Source: a virus. From it: DNA of 64,000 nt. The stretch is from positions 1 to 64,000 of the IMG/VR virus record IMGVR_UViG_3300046665_000193. One strand, 5' to 3'. Positions 49,486-59,615 of the stretch are shown in pieces. Under the pieces are notes generated by a model. That model was not told the origin of the DNA. It saw nothing but the letters and a program-made list of their open reading frames with translations, and searched no databases. The position numbers and the translations under genes were made by a program. Positions within the stretch are counted from its first letter, which is position 1, and the number at the start of each line of letters is the position of its first letter.

Positions 49486-51229
49486 GTCGACTAAGGCCCA
49501 CCTTAAGGGGACGACCAGCCTCACTAACGCTGATCCCCTTAAGGCGGACTTCCGCAACTTCCTTTGGATGGTCTGGAAGCATCTCAATCTTCCTGAGCCC
49601 ACACCAGTCCAGTATGACATCGCCAAGTTCCTGCAGCACGGCCCGCGCCGCTGCGTCATCGAAGCCTTCCGGGGCGTCGGCAAGAGCTGGGTGACCTCGG
49701 CATTCGTATGTTGGTTGCTGTATTGCGACCCGCAGCTCAAGATCATGGTCGTCTCCGCGAGCAAGACCCGCGCTGATGACTTCTCCACATTCACTCTGCG
49801 GCTGATCAACGATATCGAGCTGCTGCACTTCCTGCGCCCGCAGGCTGACCAGCGCAACTCCAAGATCGCGTTCGACGTTGGCCCGGCCCAGCCAGACCAC
49901 TCGCCCTCGGTGAAGTCGGTCGGCATCACCGGCCAGCTCACGGGCTCCCGCGCCAACTACATCATCGCCGACGATATCGAGGTGGTGAACAACTCAGCGA
50001 CACAGGCCCTCCGCGATAAGCTGAGCGAGCTGGTCAAAGAGTTCGACGCTGTGCTCAAGCCGGGCGGTCGCGTGATCTACCTCGGCACTCCTCAGTGCGA
50101 GCAGTCGCTCTACAACTCGCTTCCCGAACGCGGCTACGTCGTCCGCATCTGGCCCGCTCGTTATCCGACGCCCGATAAGCGGGACAAGTACGGTGCCAAG
50201 CTCGCGCCCTTCATCAGCAACAAGCTGGACATGGACGAGACGCTGGCGTGGCAACCCACGGACCCGATCCGGTTCGACGACGAAGACCTCACCGAGCGAG
50301 AGTTGTCCTACGGGCGCTCTGGCTTTGCCCTCCAGTTCCAACTCGACACGAGCCTCTCAGATGCGGATCGATATCCTCTTCGCTTGCGCGATCTTGTTGT
50401 TCTCAGCCTTGATCCTCTACGCGCACCTTCGGACCTCGCGTGGGCCTCAGGGCCGGACCAGCTCTTCAGTGAAGTCCCTGCTGTCGGACTTAACGGCGAT
50501 CATTATTACCGTCCGATCTTCGTAAGTAAGGACTATCTGGAATACGAAGGCTCCGTCATGTTCGTCGATCCCTCGGGACGCGGCAAGGACGAGACCACCT
50601 ACGCTGTCGTGAAGATGCTCCATGGGCGTCTGTTCCTCACGGACATCGGGGCGTTCCTCGGCGGCTACGACGACAAGACCCTCGGCGACATCTGCATGGC
50701 CGCGCGTCGGCAGCACGTCAATCTGATCCTGTGCGAGCCCAACTACGGCGGCGGCATGTTCACCCAGCTCCTCTCGGCCAAGGCCCAACAGGTCTACCCG
50801 GTCGAGGTGAAGGACGCTGAATGGGCCAAGGTCCAGAAGGAAGCCCGGATCATCGACACGCTGGAGCCGATCATGAACCAGCACCGGCTCATCGTCTGCC
50901 CGAGTGTCATCCAGAAGGACTACAACTCCACCGAGTCTTACACGGCAGATAGCCAGCAGGCATATCGGCTGTTCTATCAGATGACCCGGATCACCCGTGA
51001 CAGGGGCGCTCTGAAGCACGACGACAGGCTGGACGCGGTCGCTGGTGCGGTGGCGCACTGGACCGAGTACATGAACCGCGACAGCGAGAAGGCGCACCTG
51101 ACGGCTCGTGAGGCCGCTGTGGACGCCGAGCTGCAGAAGTTCATGGATCAGGTCATCGGGCGGGACCGCTTCAACACCGGCACCGAGGACCGCTTCGCCA
51201 GCTCAATCATGAGTGGAAGGCGACGCTGA
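49478..51229 (+). CDS. Terminase large subunit
   Basis: Near-identical to 7215-8966. Confidence 0.95.
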   Translation: MTKSTKAHLKGTTSLTNADPLKADFRNFLWMVWKHLNLPEPTPVQYDIAKFLQHGPRRCVIEAFRGVGKSWVTSAFVCWLLYCDPQLKIMVVSASKTRADDFSTFTLRLINDIELLHFLRPQADQRNSKIAFDVGPAQPDHSPSVKSVGITGQLTGSRANYIIADDIEVVNNSATQALRDKLSELVKEFDAVLKPGGRVIYLGTPQCEQSLYNSLPERGYVVRIWPARYPTPDKRDKYGAKLAPFISNKLDMDETLAWQPTDPIRFDDEDLTERELSYGRSGFALQFQLDTSLSDADRYPLRLRDLVVLSLDPLRAPSDLAWASGPDQLFSEVPAVGLNGDHYYRPIFVSKDYLEYEGSVMFVDPSGRGKDETTYAVVKMLHGRLFLTDIGAFLGGYDDKTLGDICMAARRQHVNLILCEPNYGGGMFTQLLSAKAQQVYPVEVKDAEWAKVQKEARIIDTLEPIMNQHRLIVCPSVIQKDYNSTESYTADSQQAYRLFYQMTRITRDRGALKHDDRLDAVAGAVAHWTEYMNRDSEKAHLTAREAAVDAELQKFMDQVIGRDRFNTGTEDRFASSIMSGRRR

Positions 51230-51402
51230 CGTTGCAACTTCCCCGATAAGGTTGCACGTCTACTATTATGCTCCCCTCCGTTTACCTAATAGGTCCACTG
51301 AGGGGAGCCTGAGGTGAGGTTAAGGTTCACTGACCATCCTTGGGGTCCCCAGTAAGGATGAGACCCTAAGCAAGACCATGTGATGGTGAGACCGAGGTTG
51401 CC

Positions 51403-51609
51403 ATGCCGTTGCCTACTCCGAAGCCTTACACCCATGTCCGCCTTATGGATGAACCGGGGACTATGGATCGATACGAGATCAGGGTGTCCACCTTCATCGA
51501 GTACGACGACAATCCGGGGAGGAGGGCTATCAACGGGAAGCCCACCAAGGAGCAGGCTCTGCAGATGGCCAAGGAGATCGCCCGGCAGAAGCGGATCGAG
51601 TATCCGTGA
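51403..51609 (+). CDS. Small hypothetical protein, B-specific
   Basis: RBS gaggt, 68 aa; A has non-coding short repeats at this position. Confidence 0.55.
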   Translation: MPLPTPKPYTHVRLMDEPGTMDRYEIRVSTFIEYDDNPGRRAINGKPTKEQALQMAKEIARQKRIEYP

Positions 51610-51610
51610 C

Positions 51611-51940
51611 CGAGACCCGCCCCATAGCCTCGCTGACGCTCGGCTCCAGGGCGGAAGTAGGGCAAGGCTCTCTAGGAGGCCCGTACAGTGCCCTTTCACC
51701 GGCACCCTCACTGACCCTGCTGTGCACCTCAAAGAGCGCACCCTGAGCCACGCCTGCTGACCGTAGAGTGTCTCCGAAGTGCATGTGAGGTGGGTTGCGG
51801 ATAGTTGGTGAAAATCTCTGAAGTGGGGGCTCGAACCCTAAGGTGGCGCGTTTCCCCCGTGGCCCCTCGCGATCCACACGCATTGCAGGGCGATTGGCAC
51901 CGCACCTTGTCACCGCACCATGCTAAGCCATTGATATGAC
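51611..51940. other. Putative genome-end / packaging region of B
   Basis: Conserved with 9215-9545; IHF consensus at 51924-51936. Confidence 0.55.
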
Positions 51941-52477
51941 TCAGGTCGCACGGGATGATGCATCCACATTGCCCATGAAATGCAGGGGCGGGGCGCTATC
52001 GGGGCAGTGCAAGGCGTTGCGGTTCGTCCGCCTTCATCTTCATATCAGTGTATTTGCGATTGCAGCCCGCACCTTCAATGCACCTCAACAGCACGTCAGA
52101 GGCACGTTAGCGCCACGCCAGCGCAACGGCAGTGCCACCATGGGCCGCGTCTATAGTGCACGTCAGGTGCGCATGAGGTGACAGGGGCAGGGCGCTTGCA
52201 TTGTCACCACACGCCGCACCCACGTTGTCACCTCAGTGCACCTCAGATGCACGGGCAGGGCGCTATCGTGTGCCGTATGGCTTCCATTGTCCTGCAGCGT
52301 CATAGCGCCCGCCGTCACTGCGCACCTTGCCGTCATTCCACGTTAGCAGGGCCATTACAGCCACTGCGATTGCACCCAAGATAACGATTTGCTTGGCCTT
52401 CATAACTACACTTCGACTCCGAAAGCGGTGACAAAACAGTGGATTATAAAATTGTTCTGTCTACCTGCATTTTATTG

Positions 52478-52507
52478 TTGACCTTCCAAACGTAGCAAGT
52501 CTATAAC
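52478..52507 (+). promoter_or_regulatory. Sigma70-type early promoter of B with operator-like motif
   Basis: TTGACC-18 bp-TATAAC. Confidence 0.7.
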
Positions 52508-52878
52508 TGGCCACAGTCGAGGCAAGGCATGCGATGCCTGCCACCGCTAAGGTGGTCTCGATCTACGGCAAGGCGGGCTCTGCAAGAGCATACGAAACCC
52601 GCAGCACGGTTGCTCCGATCCAACCGCCCTATGATGCACCTACGCGAAAGCGCAAGGCCACTCAAGGGCGCTGCAGGGCGGGCGCGGTCTACCGGCAATA
52701 CACTCTCCCAATTCAAACACAGAGCGCTGCACTGCATCCGCGACAACCCGCAACATGCAAGGCCGCTGGCCACTACCGCGAACCGATCCGGTTTGCTGCA
52801 GCGCTCAAGTTTGGCTTGCTGGCCAATGTCCCCATCTGTTTTTTTGTCAACTCACCTACCAATCATAGAGGGTCTACC

Positions 52879-53652
52879 ATGTCTAACTATCCGGTTTCGA
52901 ACGGCTATCGCTTGCTGTCCCCATCCAATCCCAAGATCAATAAGGGTCGCGCCGTAGGGTATCAGACATTCATCCTGCATCTCGCTCCAGCCAAGCTTGC
53001 TGGCTTCAATACCTGCCCGATGGCGACCGCTGGCTGTAAGGCCGCTTGCCTCAACACTGCAGGGCGGGGCGGGATCATGGCCGGTCACGGTATCCTCACT
53101 GAACGCGATGTGGCCGCTGGCATTCACAATCAAATTCAGGCCGCTCGCATCCGCAAGACCAAGGCATTCTTCACTGACCGCGAAGGGTTCATGAAGGTGC
53201 TGCACAAGGACATTGCGAAGGCCATCCGCGTCGCTCGCTCCAATGGCTTCATTCCCGTGTTTCGCCTCAACGGCACGTCTGATATTCGCTGGGAAAGCAT
53301 CCCGGTTGAAGGTCACGCCAGCATCTTCGCAGCGTTCCCTGACGTGCAATTCTACGACTACACGAAGATTGCCAACCGCAAGAACCTGCCAGCTAACTAC
53401 GCTGTGACGTTCTCGCTCGCCGATGGCAACGATAAGCAGGCCGCTGCAGCGCTCGCTAATGGCCTGAACGTGGCCGCTGTGTTTCGGACGAAGGAAGCCG
53501 TGGCGCGGGTTGAGGCTGCAGGCTTCATGGGCCATCCCGTGTTCAATGGCGATGAAAGCGATCTGCGCTTCCTCGACCCTGCGCACCACGTCATTGCGCT
53601 CTACGCCAAGGGCAACGCCAAGCGCGACACACTTGGGTTTGTGCGTGACTGA
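52879..53652 (+). CDS. GP88-like Cys-motif early protein
   Basis: CPMATAGCKAACL, RLNGTSDIRWE, QFYDYTK, GDESDLRFLDP. Confidence 0.65.
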   Translation: MSNYPVSNGYRLLSPSNPKINKGRAVGYQTFILHLAPAKLAGFNTCPMATAGCKAACLNTAGRGGIMAGHGILTERDVAAGIHNQIQAARIRKTKAFFTDREGFMKVLHKDIAKAIRVARSNGFIPVFRLNGTSDIRWESIPVEGHASIFAAFPDVQFYDYTKIANRKNLPANYAVTFSLADGNDKQAAAALANGLNVAAVFRTKEAVARVEAAGFMGHPVFNGDESDLRFLDPAHHVIALYAKGNAKRDTLGFVRD

Positions 53653-53755
53653 TCACCTTCCAGTCATAGCCTAACTACACAAGGCAAGCTTATCGACACA
53701 GGGCATCGCAAGTGCCCTGCACGATGCGCTCATGCATCTTTGTGGAGGTTCTACC

Positions 53756-54091
53756 GTGACACGCCGCAACTACAATGCCGCTGCAGTGGATGCAGCCATT
53801 GCTCAGAGCAACCGCTCAGGCTGCAAGATCAATGGCCGCGAAGCGAAGGCAATCCACGCGCTGCTGCAGGGCAGGGCACCGCGCCCTTACTACACATTGG
53901 CCGTTCGCTATGACGGAAGATGGAGCTGCGAATTTGGCGACTATGCCCGCGACGTTGTCGAGCAAGAGCTGCAGGACGTTCGCGACAACTCAGGCATCCG
54001 CAAAGCGGACTTGAAAATCATCACCACGGGTTCGTCACAGGCCGCAATTGATGCGGCGATCACTGCACTCAACGAGGTATCGGGCAAATGA
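53756..54091 (+). CDS. Hypothetical early protein, B-specific
   Basis: RBS ggaggt before GTG; coupled to next gene. Confidence 0.55.
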   Translation: MTRRNYNAAAVDAAIAQSNRSGCKINGREAKAIHALLQGRAPRPYYTLAVRYDGRWSCEFGDYARDVVEQELQDVRDNSGIRKADLKIITTGSSQAAIDAAITALNEVSGK

Positions 54092-54345
54092 GACTTCCAA
54101 ACGTAGCGCAGGTCACCTGCAAGCCAACCGCAACGACCACCTATTGCGGCCACTACACATTCAACCGGAAGGGCGGCGTGCTGCGCTTCCATGGTCATAA
54201 GTTCTTCGAGGATCGTGACCATTTCGAGCGCTGTCTGGTGGCGTGGAACAAGTCGAATGACTGGCACTACGAGGCACGTCTGATGCCCGTTATGTCCATC
54301 GGTCAGGATGAGATCGACTACGCGCTGCAGTCGGAGGCCGCATGA
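54088..54345 (+). CDS. Hypothetical early protein
   Basis: Paralogue of 11188-11445. Confidence 0.7.
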   Translation: MRLPNVAQVTCKPTATTTYCGHYTFNRKGGVLRFHGHKFFEDRDHFERCLVAWNKSNDWHYEARLMPVMSIGQDEIDYALQSEAA

Positions 54346-54418
54346 TGACGTGGGACCTCAAGTGCATGTTCGCCCTCGCGTTCATCGGCTCGTTCGCCAT
54401 CCCGGTCTGGGTGCTGCA

Positions 54419-54631
54419 ATGAACGATCCGCAGAGCATGGTGGAGCGCGTCAAGCACGGCACACGCGAGACAACTACACATCTGGTGACGGTGGATGACC
54501 TGATCATCTACCGCACGAAAGAGGGCGGGCTCTGTGTCGAGTTCGTTCGCTGCGATGCCAAGGGCAAGCCCGCTGAGGGCTACCGCATCACAGTCTGCCC
54601 AGAGGATGCAGGGCGCATCCGCAAAGCTTGA
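54419..54631 (+). CDS. Hypothetical early protein
   Basis: Paralogue of 11519-11731. Confidence 0.6.
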   Translation: MNDPQSMVERVKHGTRETTTHLVTVDDLIIYRTKEGGLCVEFVRCDAKGKPAEGYRITVCPEDAGRIRKA

Positions 54632-54709
54632 ACTAATCCGAGGGGCTTCACGGCCCCTCCAGTGAGTTCAATCGGGCTCTTCAACGCGCAACCGGGACGG
54701 GGATATTTC

Positions 54710-55813
54710 ATGCGCCTTCGATACGATCCTTTCAGGCAACAGTTTGAACATTCGCGCGAATACGATTGCCTCAACAGTTACGAGCGCAAGGTGCTGCTCG
54801 ACCACGTTAAGCGCTGGTGCCGGGACTGGGATGGCCAGCGGACGCGAGAGATCGCGTTGCCACTTAAGCCGCGCGTGATGGTCCGCCCGCCGTCCATGCC
54901 ACACCGCATGGTGAAGATGAGGCGCGTCGAGGTGATCCTGACTGAGCCGGTCATTCCCGGTCGGCGCGAGAATGCCGAAGAGAAGGCACGCCGCGAGCTG
55001 ATGCAGTTCATGGCACACGCCAACCTTATGAACCCAGCGCAGTTCCTTCGCCCGAATAAGTTCGCTGCCATGGTAGGCAACGACAGGCCACCGCGCGACT
55101 TCATCCTGCCCGCCGCGCAGCAGAAGGCCATGGCGGACATGAAGGCTTACTGTGTGGCCGACGTGAAGATGGCACAGATCGCCCTGGCCCCTCCGGTGAT
55201 CGATAAGCCGGTACAGTCCGCAATCGGCCCGCTCAGCCGCTGGGATCATGGTGAGGACTTCATCGTGGCGCTGCGCAAGAGGGGCTACGAAGAACTGGGC
55301 CGGGGCTGCTTCTCCGCAGTGCTCGCCAAGAAGAACAGCAGGCGCGTGATCAAGGTCAACTTCCGCGCCGACCCGTGGCTGGACTATGTGGTCTGGGCTG
55401 CGAAGGCGGGGCAGGCGGGGAAGTTCGCTCCGAAGGTGTTTAGCTATCGACGCTTCAACATCGGGCGCGGCAGTGAGTTTTATGTCGCTGTCATGGAGCG
55501 GTTGAACGGCAACGCCTACGAGCTGGCCCATACCAACCGGCCACGACACCGGGCGTACCTAGCGCTCACTCAGTTCATGCGCAACCGCGACGATGCGAAG
55601 GGTGTCACTGCAGAGCGCGAGCTGCCGGGCGCCATCACCTTCGCGGTCTTGTTCAGGACGGCCTTCCAAGGCAAGCGCTTCGACCTTCACGAGGGCAACT
55701 TCATGCAGCGCGAGGATGGAACCTTGGTCTGCACTGATCCGCTTTCGGACGGGACCACCACCGCACCGTCGAGGATGCGTCACCGCGACCTCGCCGCCCT
55801 TCACGCTGCCTAA
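54710..55813 (+). CDS. Protein kinase (gp0.7-like)
   Basis: LGRGCFSAV, RVIKV, DLHEGNFM, CTDP. Confidence 0.8.
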   Translation: MRLRYDPFRQQFEHSREYDCLNSYERKVLLDHVKRWCRDWDGQRTREIALPLKPRVMVRPPSMPHRMVKMRRVEVILTEPVIPGRRENAEEKARRELMQFMAHANLMNPAQFLRPNKFAAMVGNDRPPRDFILPAAQQKAMADMKAYCVADVKMAQIALAPPVIDKPVQSAIGPLSRWDHGEDFIVALRKRGYEELGRGCFSAVLAKKNSRRVIKVNFRADPWLDYVVWAAKAGQAGKFAPKVFSYRRFNIGRGSEFYVAVMERLNGNAYELAHTNRPRHRAYLALTQFMRNRDDAKGVTAERELPGAITFAVLFRTAFQGKRFDLHEGNFMQREDGTLVCTDPLSDGTTTAPSRMRHRDLAALHAA

Positions 55814-55843
55814 TAACCTTCCATGCATAGGTAGACTACACAA

Positions 55844-56032
55844 ATGAAGCGACGCATTTTCACTAGCATCAAGTCAGCACGCCACGCAGGGCTGCAGGCT
55901 GTCACGGGCAGGGCGCTCCAGTTCAAGATCGAGGCCACTGTCATCTGGAACAAGGATCGCTCTGCCGACATCGGTTGGCAGGTTTCGCTCTGGAGCCCTG
56001 TGGGTAACTTGAAGGGCTGGGTGCGCGGATGA
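55844..56032 (+). CDS. Hypothetical early protein
   Basis: Paralogue of 12960-13148. Confidence 0.65.
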   Translation: MKRRIFTSIKSARHAGLQAVTGRALQFKIEATVIWNKDRSADIGWQVSLWSPVGNLKGWVRG

Positions 56033-56394
56033 GTTATGAACAGGCAATCGATCTCGTCGGCGATGCACCGGCTTGGGTGCTGGAGGGGATCATCGAGCGA
56101 CAGCCGAAAAGGTCGCGTTATGCACAGGCCGCTTGGGTGCTTTTGAAGAAGAAAGTGGGAGCCTGAAAACAGTAATCATTCCCGCAACGTTTCGTGCACC
56201 AAGTCATGTTCCCGCCTCAATAATTTGTTGCTGACCTTCCAATCATAAAATATCCCGTGACGTAGTTGGTGAGCGATTGGAAGATTAGCTTGCAGACAAA
56301 GCTATTGAACGGAAGGACATTATCCCTAGACAAGGGGCTCTGTTCTCGCTACGTTCTAATAATCAGAAACGCACTAAAGGACTTCACTTACATC

Positions 56395-56709
56395 ATGCGC
56401 CACCTGTTTGGAGTTATCGAACTACCGACGGAAGTCGAGCCTGACCAACTCGTTTCTCCCGACTTGCCCAACGGATATGAGACCGTAGCCGGTTGGTGGG
56501 CGACGCGAGAAACCGCTGCGCTGGAGATGCTTAGCGACCCTATAGCAACGCTTTTCGAAGACGAGGAGCATCTAATAACCATCGCGGACAAGCTTGAGGT
56601 TTTGTGGAAGTGGGTAACCGCTCCCCCGGCGTTTCAGGCAATGGGATTTAAAGTTTCGAAAGCTTTTCCCTTAGATTTGCTTCAACAATTCTATCCCCTT
56701 CACCCTTAA
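56395..56709 (+). CDS. Hypothetical protein (lysogeny region)
   Basis: Paralogue of 13493-13834; start uncertain. Confidence 0.65.
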   Translation: MRHLFGVIELPTEVEPDQLVSPDLPNGYETVAGWWATRETAALEMLSDPIATLFEDEEHLITIADKLEVLWKWVTAPPAFQAMGFKVSKAFPLDLLQQFYPLHP

Positions 56710-56834
56710 TCAGCTAAATATCCCGGCGCGGGGACGATCAATGCGCCGGGTTGCAGGGACGGGAACCAAAACTACTTGCCAAGAGTAGTTAATCTCGTTA
56801 TGGCGAATAACCAGCAACCGTAGGAGCGTACAAA

Positions 56835-57215
56835 ATGCCGACCAGAGGGACTACAACCACAATGAGTAACGTGACGAACATTGAGGACAGCGAGTGGGTT
56901 GAGAAGCTCGCTCTGGTCATAGATGAGTTTCGCAAGATCAGTCAGGACATCACAGCAAACCAAATGCTGGTCCTCCTTCGCATCGGCGAGCACCCCGGCA
57001 TCACGCAGAACAAGCTCGCGGAGAGCACGGGCCTTCGTGACGGCACCATCTCGCGCATCTGCGCCATGATGTCGGAGCGTGGGCATCAGGGCCGAGAAGG
57101 GCTCAGCGTCATATCGATCAACCCCGTCCCAAATGACTATCGCGCGAAGGGCCAGGAACTGATCGGCAACGGCAAGCGCATGTACACCAGCATCAAGAAG
57201 CTGATGAGCAAGTAA
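56835..57215 (+). CDS. MarR-like winged-helix regulator (putative repressor)
   Basis: Paralogue of 13956-14333. Confidence 0.75.
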   Translation: MPTRGTTTTMSNVTNIEDSEWVEKLALVIDEFRKISQDITANQMLVLLRIGEHPGITQNKLAESTGLRDGTISRICAMMSERGHQGREGLSVISINPVPNDYRAKGQELIGNGKRMYTSIKKLMSK

Positions 57216-57227
57216 GAGGAGCCGCAG

Positions 57228-58343
57228 TTGGCGACCTATCCTAAGGGAAACAAATTCATCACCAAGTTCATGATCGACGGGGTTCGACATACCCGGATGC
57301 ATGACACAGAAGCCGAAGGCGAAGCGTGGGAGCTGCAAAGCCGCGCGAACCTCAAACTAGGCAAAGCTATTCCAGTCGCCGAAAAGAAGATCGGTGGCAG
57401 CGACGCTGGAGCGCTCGGCAACCTTCTCCGCGAAACCGCAACCCTCCACTGGGCCAAGGGCAAGGACAGCTCAAAGTGTGAGCTGAATGCCACCACCTTC
57501 GTCAATTGGTGCGGCAAGGACATGCCCTCCCGCGACGCCTTCAAGCAGGACAACATCGACGACTTCGTCGCCTACCTCATCAACGAGCGTGAGGTATCCG
57601 GCTCGACGGTCAATCGTTACTGTTCCGCCATCCGGGTCATGGCTCAGCGGATCATCAAAAAGTCCGAAGACCTCCCCACGTTCCCAAAGTATAAAGAGAG
57701 CAGGGGCCGGTTCCGGTTCTTCTCCCATGAGGAGGAGCGGCAGATCACCGCGCTCTGGACCCTCTGGGAGCGGTACGCTGAGCTGGACTTCCTCATCTTC
57801 CTGATCGACACCGGAGCCCGCACCTACACCGAGGGACAGGCACTTAAGTGGGTCGATATCCACGCCGACCGGGCCATCTTCTGGGAGACCAAGAACGGCG
57901 GGTTCCGTGCGGTTCCGCTAAGCGAGCGGGCCAAGGCTGCTCTGGAGCGCCGCCGTAAACTAAAGGGTAACCAAGCCGGGCCGTTCAGCGACCTCGACAA
58001 GAGCCACATGCGCTGGCTCTGGGAGAAGACCCGTGGCCAGTTACCGCACCTTGAGGATGCCGTCCTGTATTGCACCCGGCACACCTACGGTTCCCGAATG
58101 GTCATGAACGGGGTGCCCCTGTCGGTCCTCAAGAAGCTGATGGGCCACTCGGACATTAAGATGACTGAGCGCTACGCCGTGTTCGAGGACAACGCCGCCT
58201 TCGCCGCAGCGCTCACCGCCCTCAACAGCAACGGCTTTGCCCCCAAGGCCGCGCCCTTGTCGGTCGTGGTCGATAACGAACCGGCACCGGGTCCCATGGA
58301 GGTTCTGGCCAAGAACCTTGAACGGGCAGGGCAAGTGCAGTAG
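57228..58343 (+). CDS. int: Tyrosine integrase
   Basis: Same catalytic motifs and length (371 aa) as 14353-15468. Confidence 0.93.
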   Translation: MATYPKGNKFITKFMIDGVRHTRMHDTEAEGEAWELQSRANLKLGKAIPVAEKKIGGSDAGALGNLLRETATLHWAKGKDSSKCELNATTFVNWCGKDMPSRDAFKQDNIDDFVAYLINEREVSGSTVNRYCSAIRVMAQRIIKKSEDLPTFPKYKESRGRFRFFSHEEERQITALWTLWERYAELDFLIFLIDTGARTYTEGQALKWVDIHADRAIFWETKNGGFRAVPLSERAKAALERRRKLKGNQAGPFSDLDKSHMRWLWEKTRGQLPHLEDAVLYCTRHTYGSRMVMNGVPLSVLKKLMGHSDIKMTERYAVFEDNAAFAAALTALNSNGFAPKAAPLSVVVDNEPAPGPMEVLAKNLERAGQVQ

Positions 58344-58429
58344 ACACCCCGGCCATGTCGTTCGGTCGCGAGACCGGGTGACAATGCGGGTGACAAAGGG
58401 GTGCGAAATGGCACCTCTTTGGTGACAAT

Positions 58430-58514
58430 GCGGGCGTGGCGGAATTGGTAGACGCAGCGGCTTTAGGTGCCGCCGCCGTAAGGTTTAGGGGTTCGAGTCC
58501 CTTCGCCCGCACCA
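58430..58514 (+). tRNA. tRNA-Leu(TAG), phage B-encoded
   Basis: 85 nt cloverleaf, GCGGC-TTTAGGT-GCCGC, CCA; compensatory D-stem change relative to A. Confidence 0.95.
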
Positions 58515-58687
58515 TCGAAGCCACGGGATTTAGGTGTTGGTGCCAAATCCTCTAGCTTTCGCAGGTGATACGCCCCGTTTCGCCGACTTCCCAAGTTGCT
58601 TCAATCACATCAGTAGATCAGTAATCTACTGCGCTTGGCAGGTTATTTTCCTGACAGGTCAAAAGGTGACAATAAGAGGTGACAAAT

Positions 58688-59514
58688 TCACCTATCGACG
58701 AGCGCTTCTGGCTGATTTGTGGATTTGGCCAGTCGCTTCAACTCATTGATCGTTTCGATTACTCGATCCATCGGCTCGACGACTGTGTATCCTGAGTTGT
58801 GTCGTCGTTGACTTACCTCTTGACGATCAACTGAGCTATACAGCTTCTCGACAAATCCGATATTTCTGATTGCGACTCCGACGGAGTGTCGATCCTCGGC
58901 CCTCAGCACCAAGCCACCACTGTTACCGGGATAGGTTGGACAATCGATGATGATCTTGTTGCTCGGCGGCTTGCCAGCTACGATACCCGAGCGCAGCAGC
59001 GGGTATCCTCGGTCAAGCGCATCTTCCTTTTCAGCGAGTGAGGTTGGGTAGCCCATCATGAAGATCGGCTCCCCCGGTATCACCGACGCATACAAGGCGG
59101 TCATGCTAAGAGGCGTACCTTGCAGGTATGTCGCCGGGTCGTAACCAATTTGAGTGACGCCTTCGACGAGGTCCATTCGATACCGATTAACCCCCGCATC
59201 AGGCTGAGGTCTCATCGTTCCAATTCGACAGACGGCCACATCGGTGAGACCATCGGGATGCCTGCAAAAATTACCGTCTGCAAAAAGCCTCGGACTGTCG
59301 AGCGAATGCTTGACTGTCTTAGTGAGCGTTACACTATCGAGTGCGGTGATTATCACCGGATCAGTGAAGAGTTCTAATTTGTTTTTTAACAGAACATGCG
59401 CTGCCGAAACGAGATAGACGTTCTCGTTGTCGTAGAGATGGACCCGCTTCCTGTTGTGCCTTTTATCTCGATGAGGGCTGGGTAAGATAAGTAGTTGAGG
59501 TCCCTATTCGGCAC
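58688..59514 (-). pseudogene. Trypsin-like serine protease, frameshifted at 59443-59445 (or sequencing error)
   Basis: YLVSAAHVL (His), TDVAV (Asp), PGNSGG (Ser) in one frame; N-terminus GTG 59514 ...IEIKGTTGSG in another frame, joined by adding one G. Confidence 0.75.
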
Positions 59515-59530
59515 GAGTACGCCCCCAAAA

Positions 59531-59615
59531 TGGTGCCCGGCGAGGGACTCGAACCCCCACACCTTTCAGCGACGGTACCTAAAACCGTTGCGTCTACCAA
59601 TTCCGCCAGCCGGGC
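59531..59615 (-). tRNA. tRNA-Leu(TAG) of element X
   Basis: Acceptor GCCCGGC/GCCGGGC, anticodon arm ACGGT-TTTAGGT-ACCGT, GTTCGAGTC, CCA. Confidence 0.95.

Larger units (their letters stand above)
15652..58535 (+). mobile_element. Prophage B, complete T7-like temperate phage (42,875 bp core to core)
   Basis: Full RNAP-replication-virion-terminase-early-integrase gene set between direct GATTTAGGT cores. Confidence 0.93.

Noticed and set aside
59531-59615. Native chromosomal tRNA in a host spacer between two independent insertion sites
   Set aside because: It is flanked on both sides by phage-like arms and identical cores; disfavoured but not fully excluded without a prophage-free relative.
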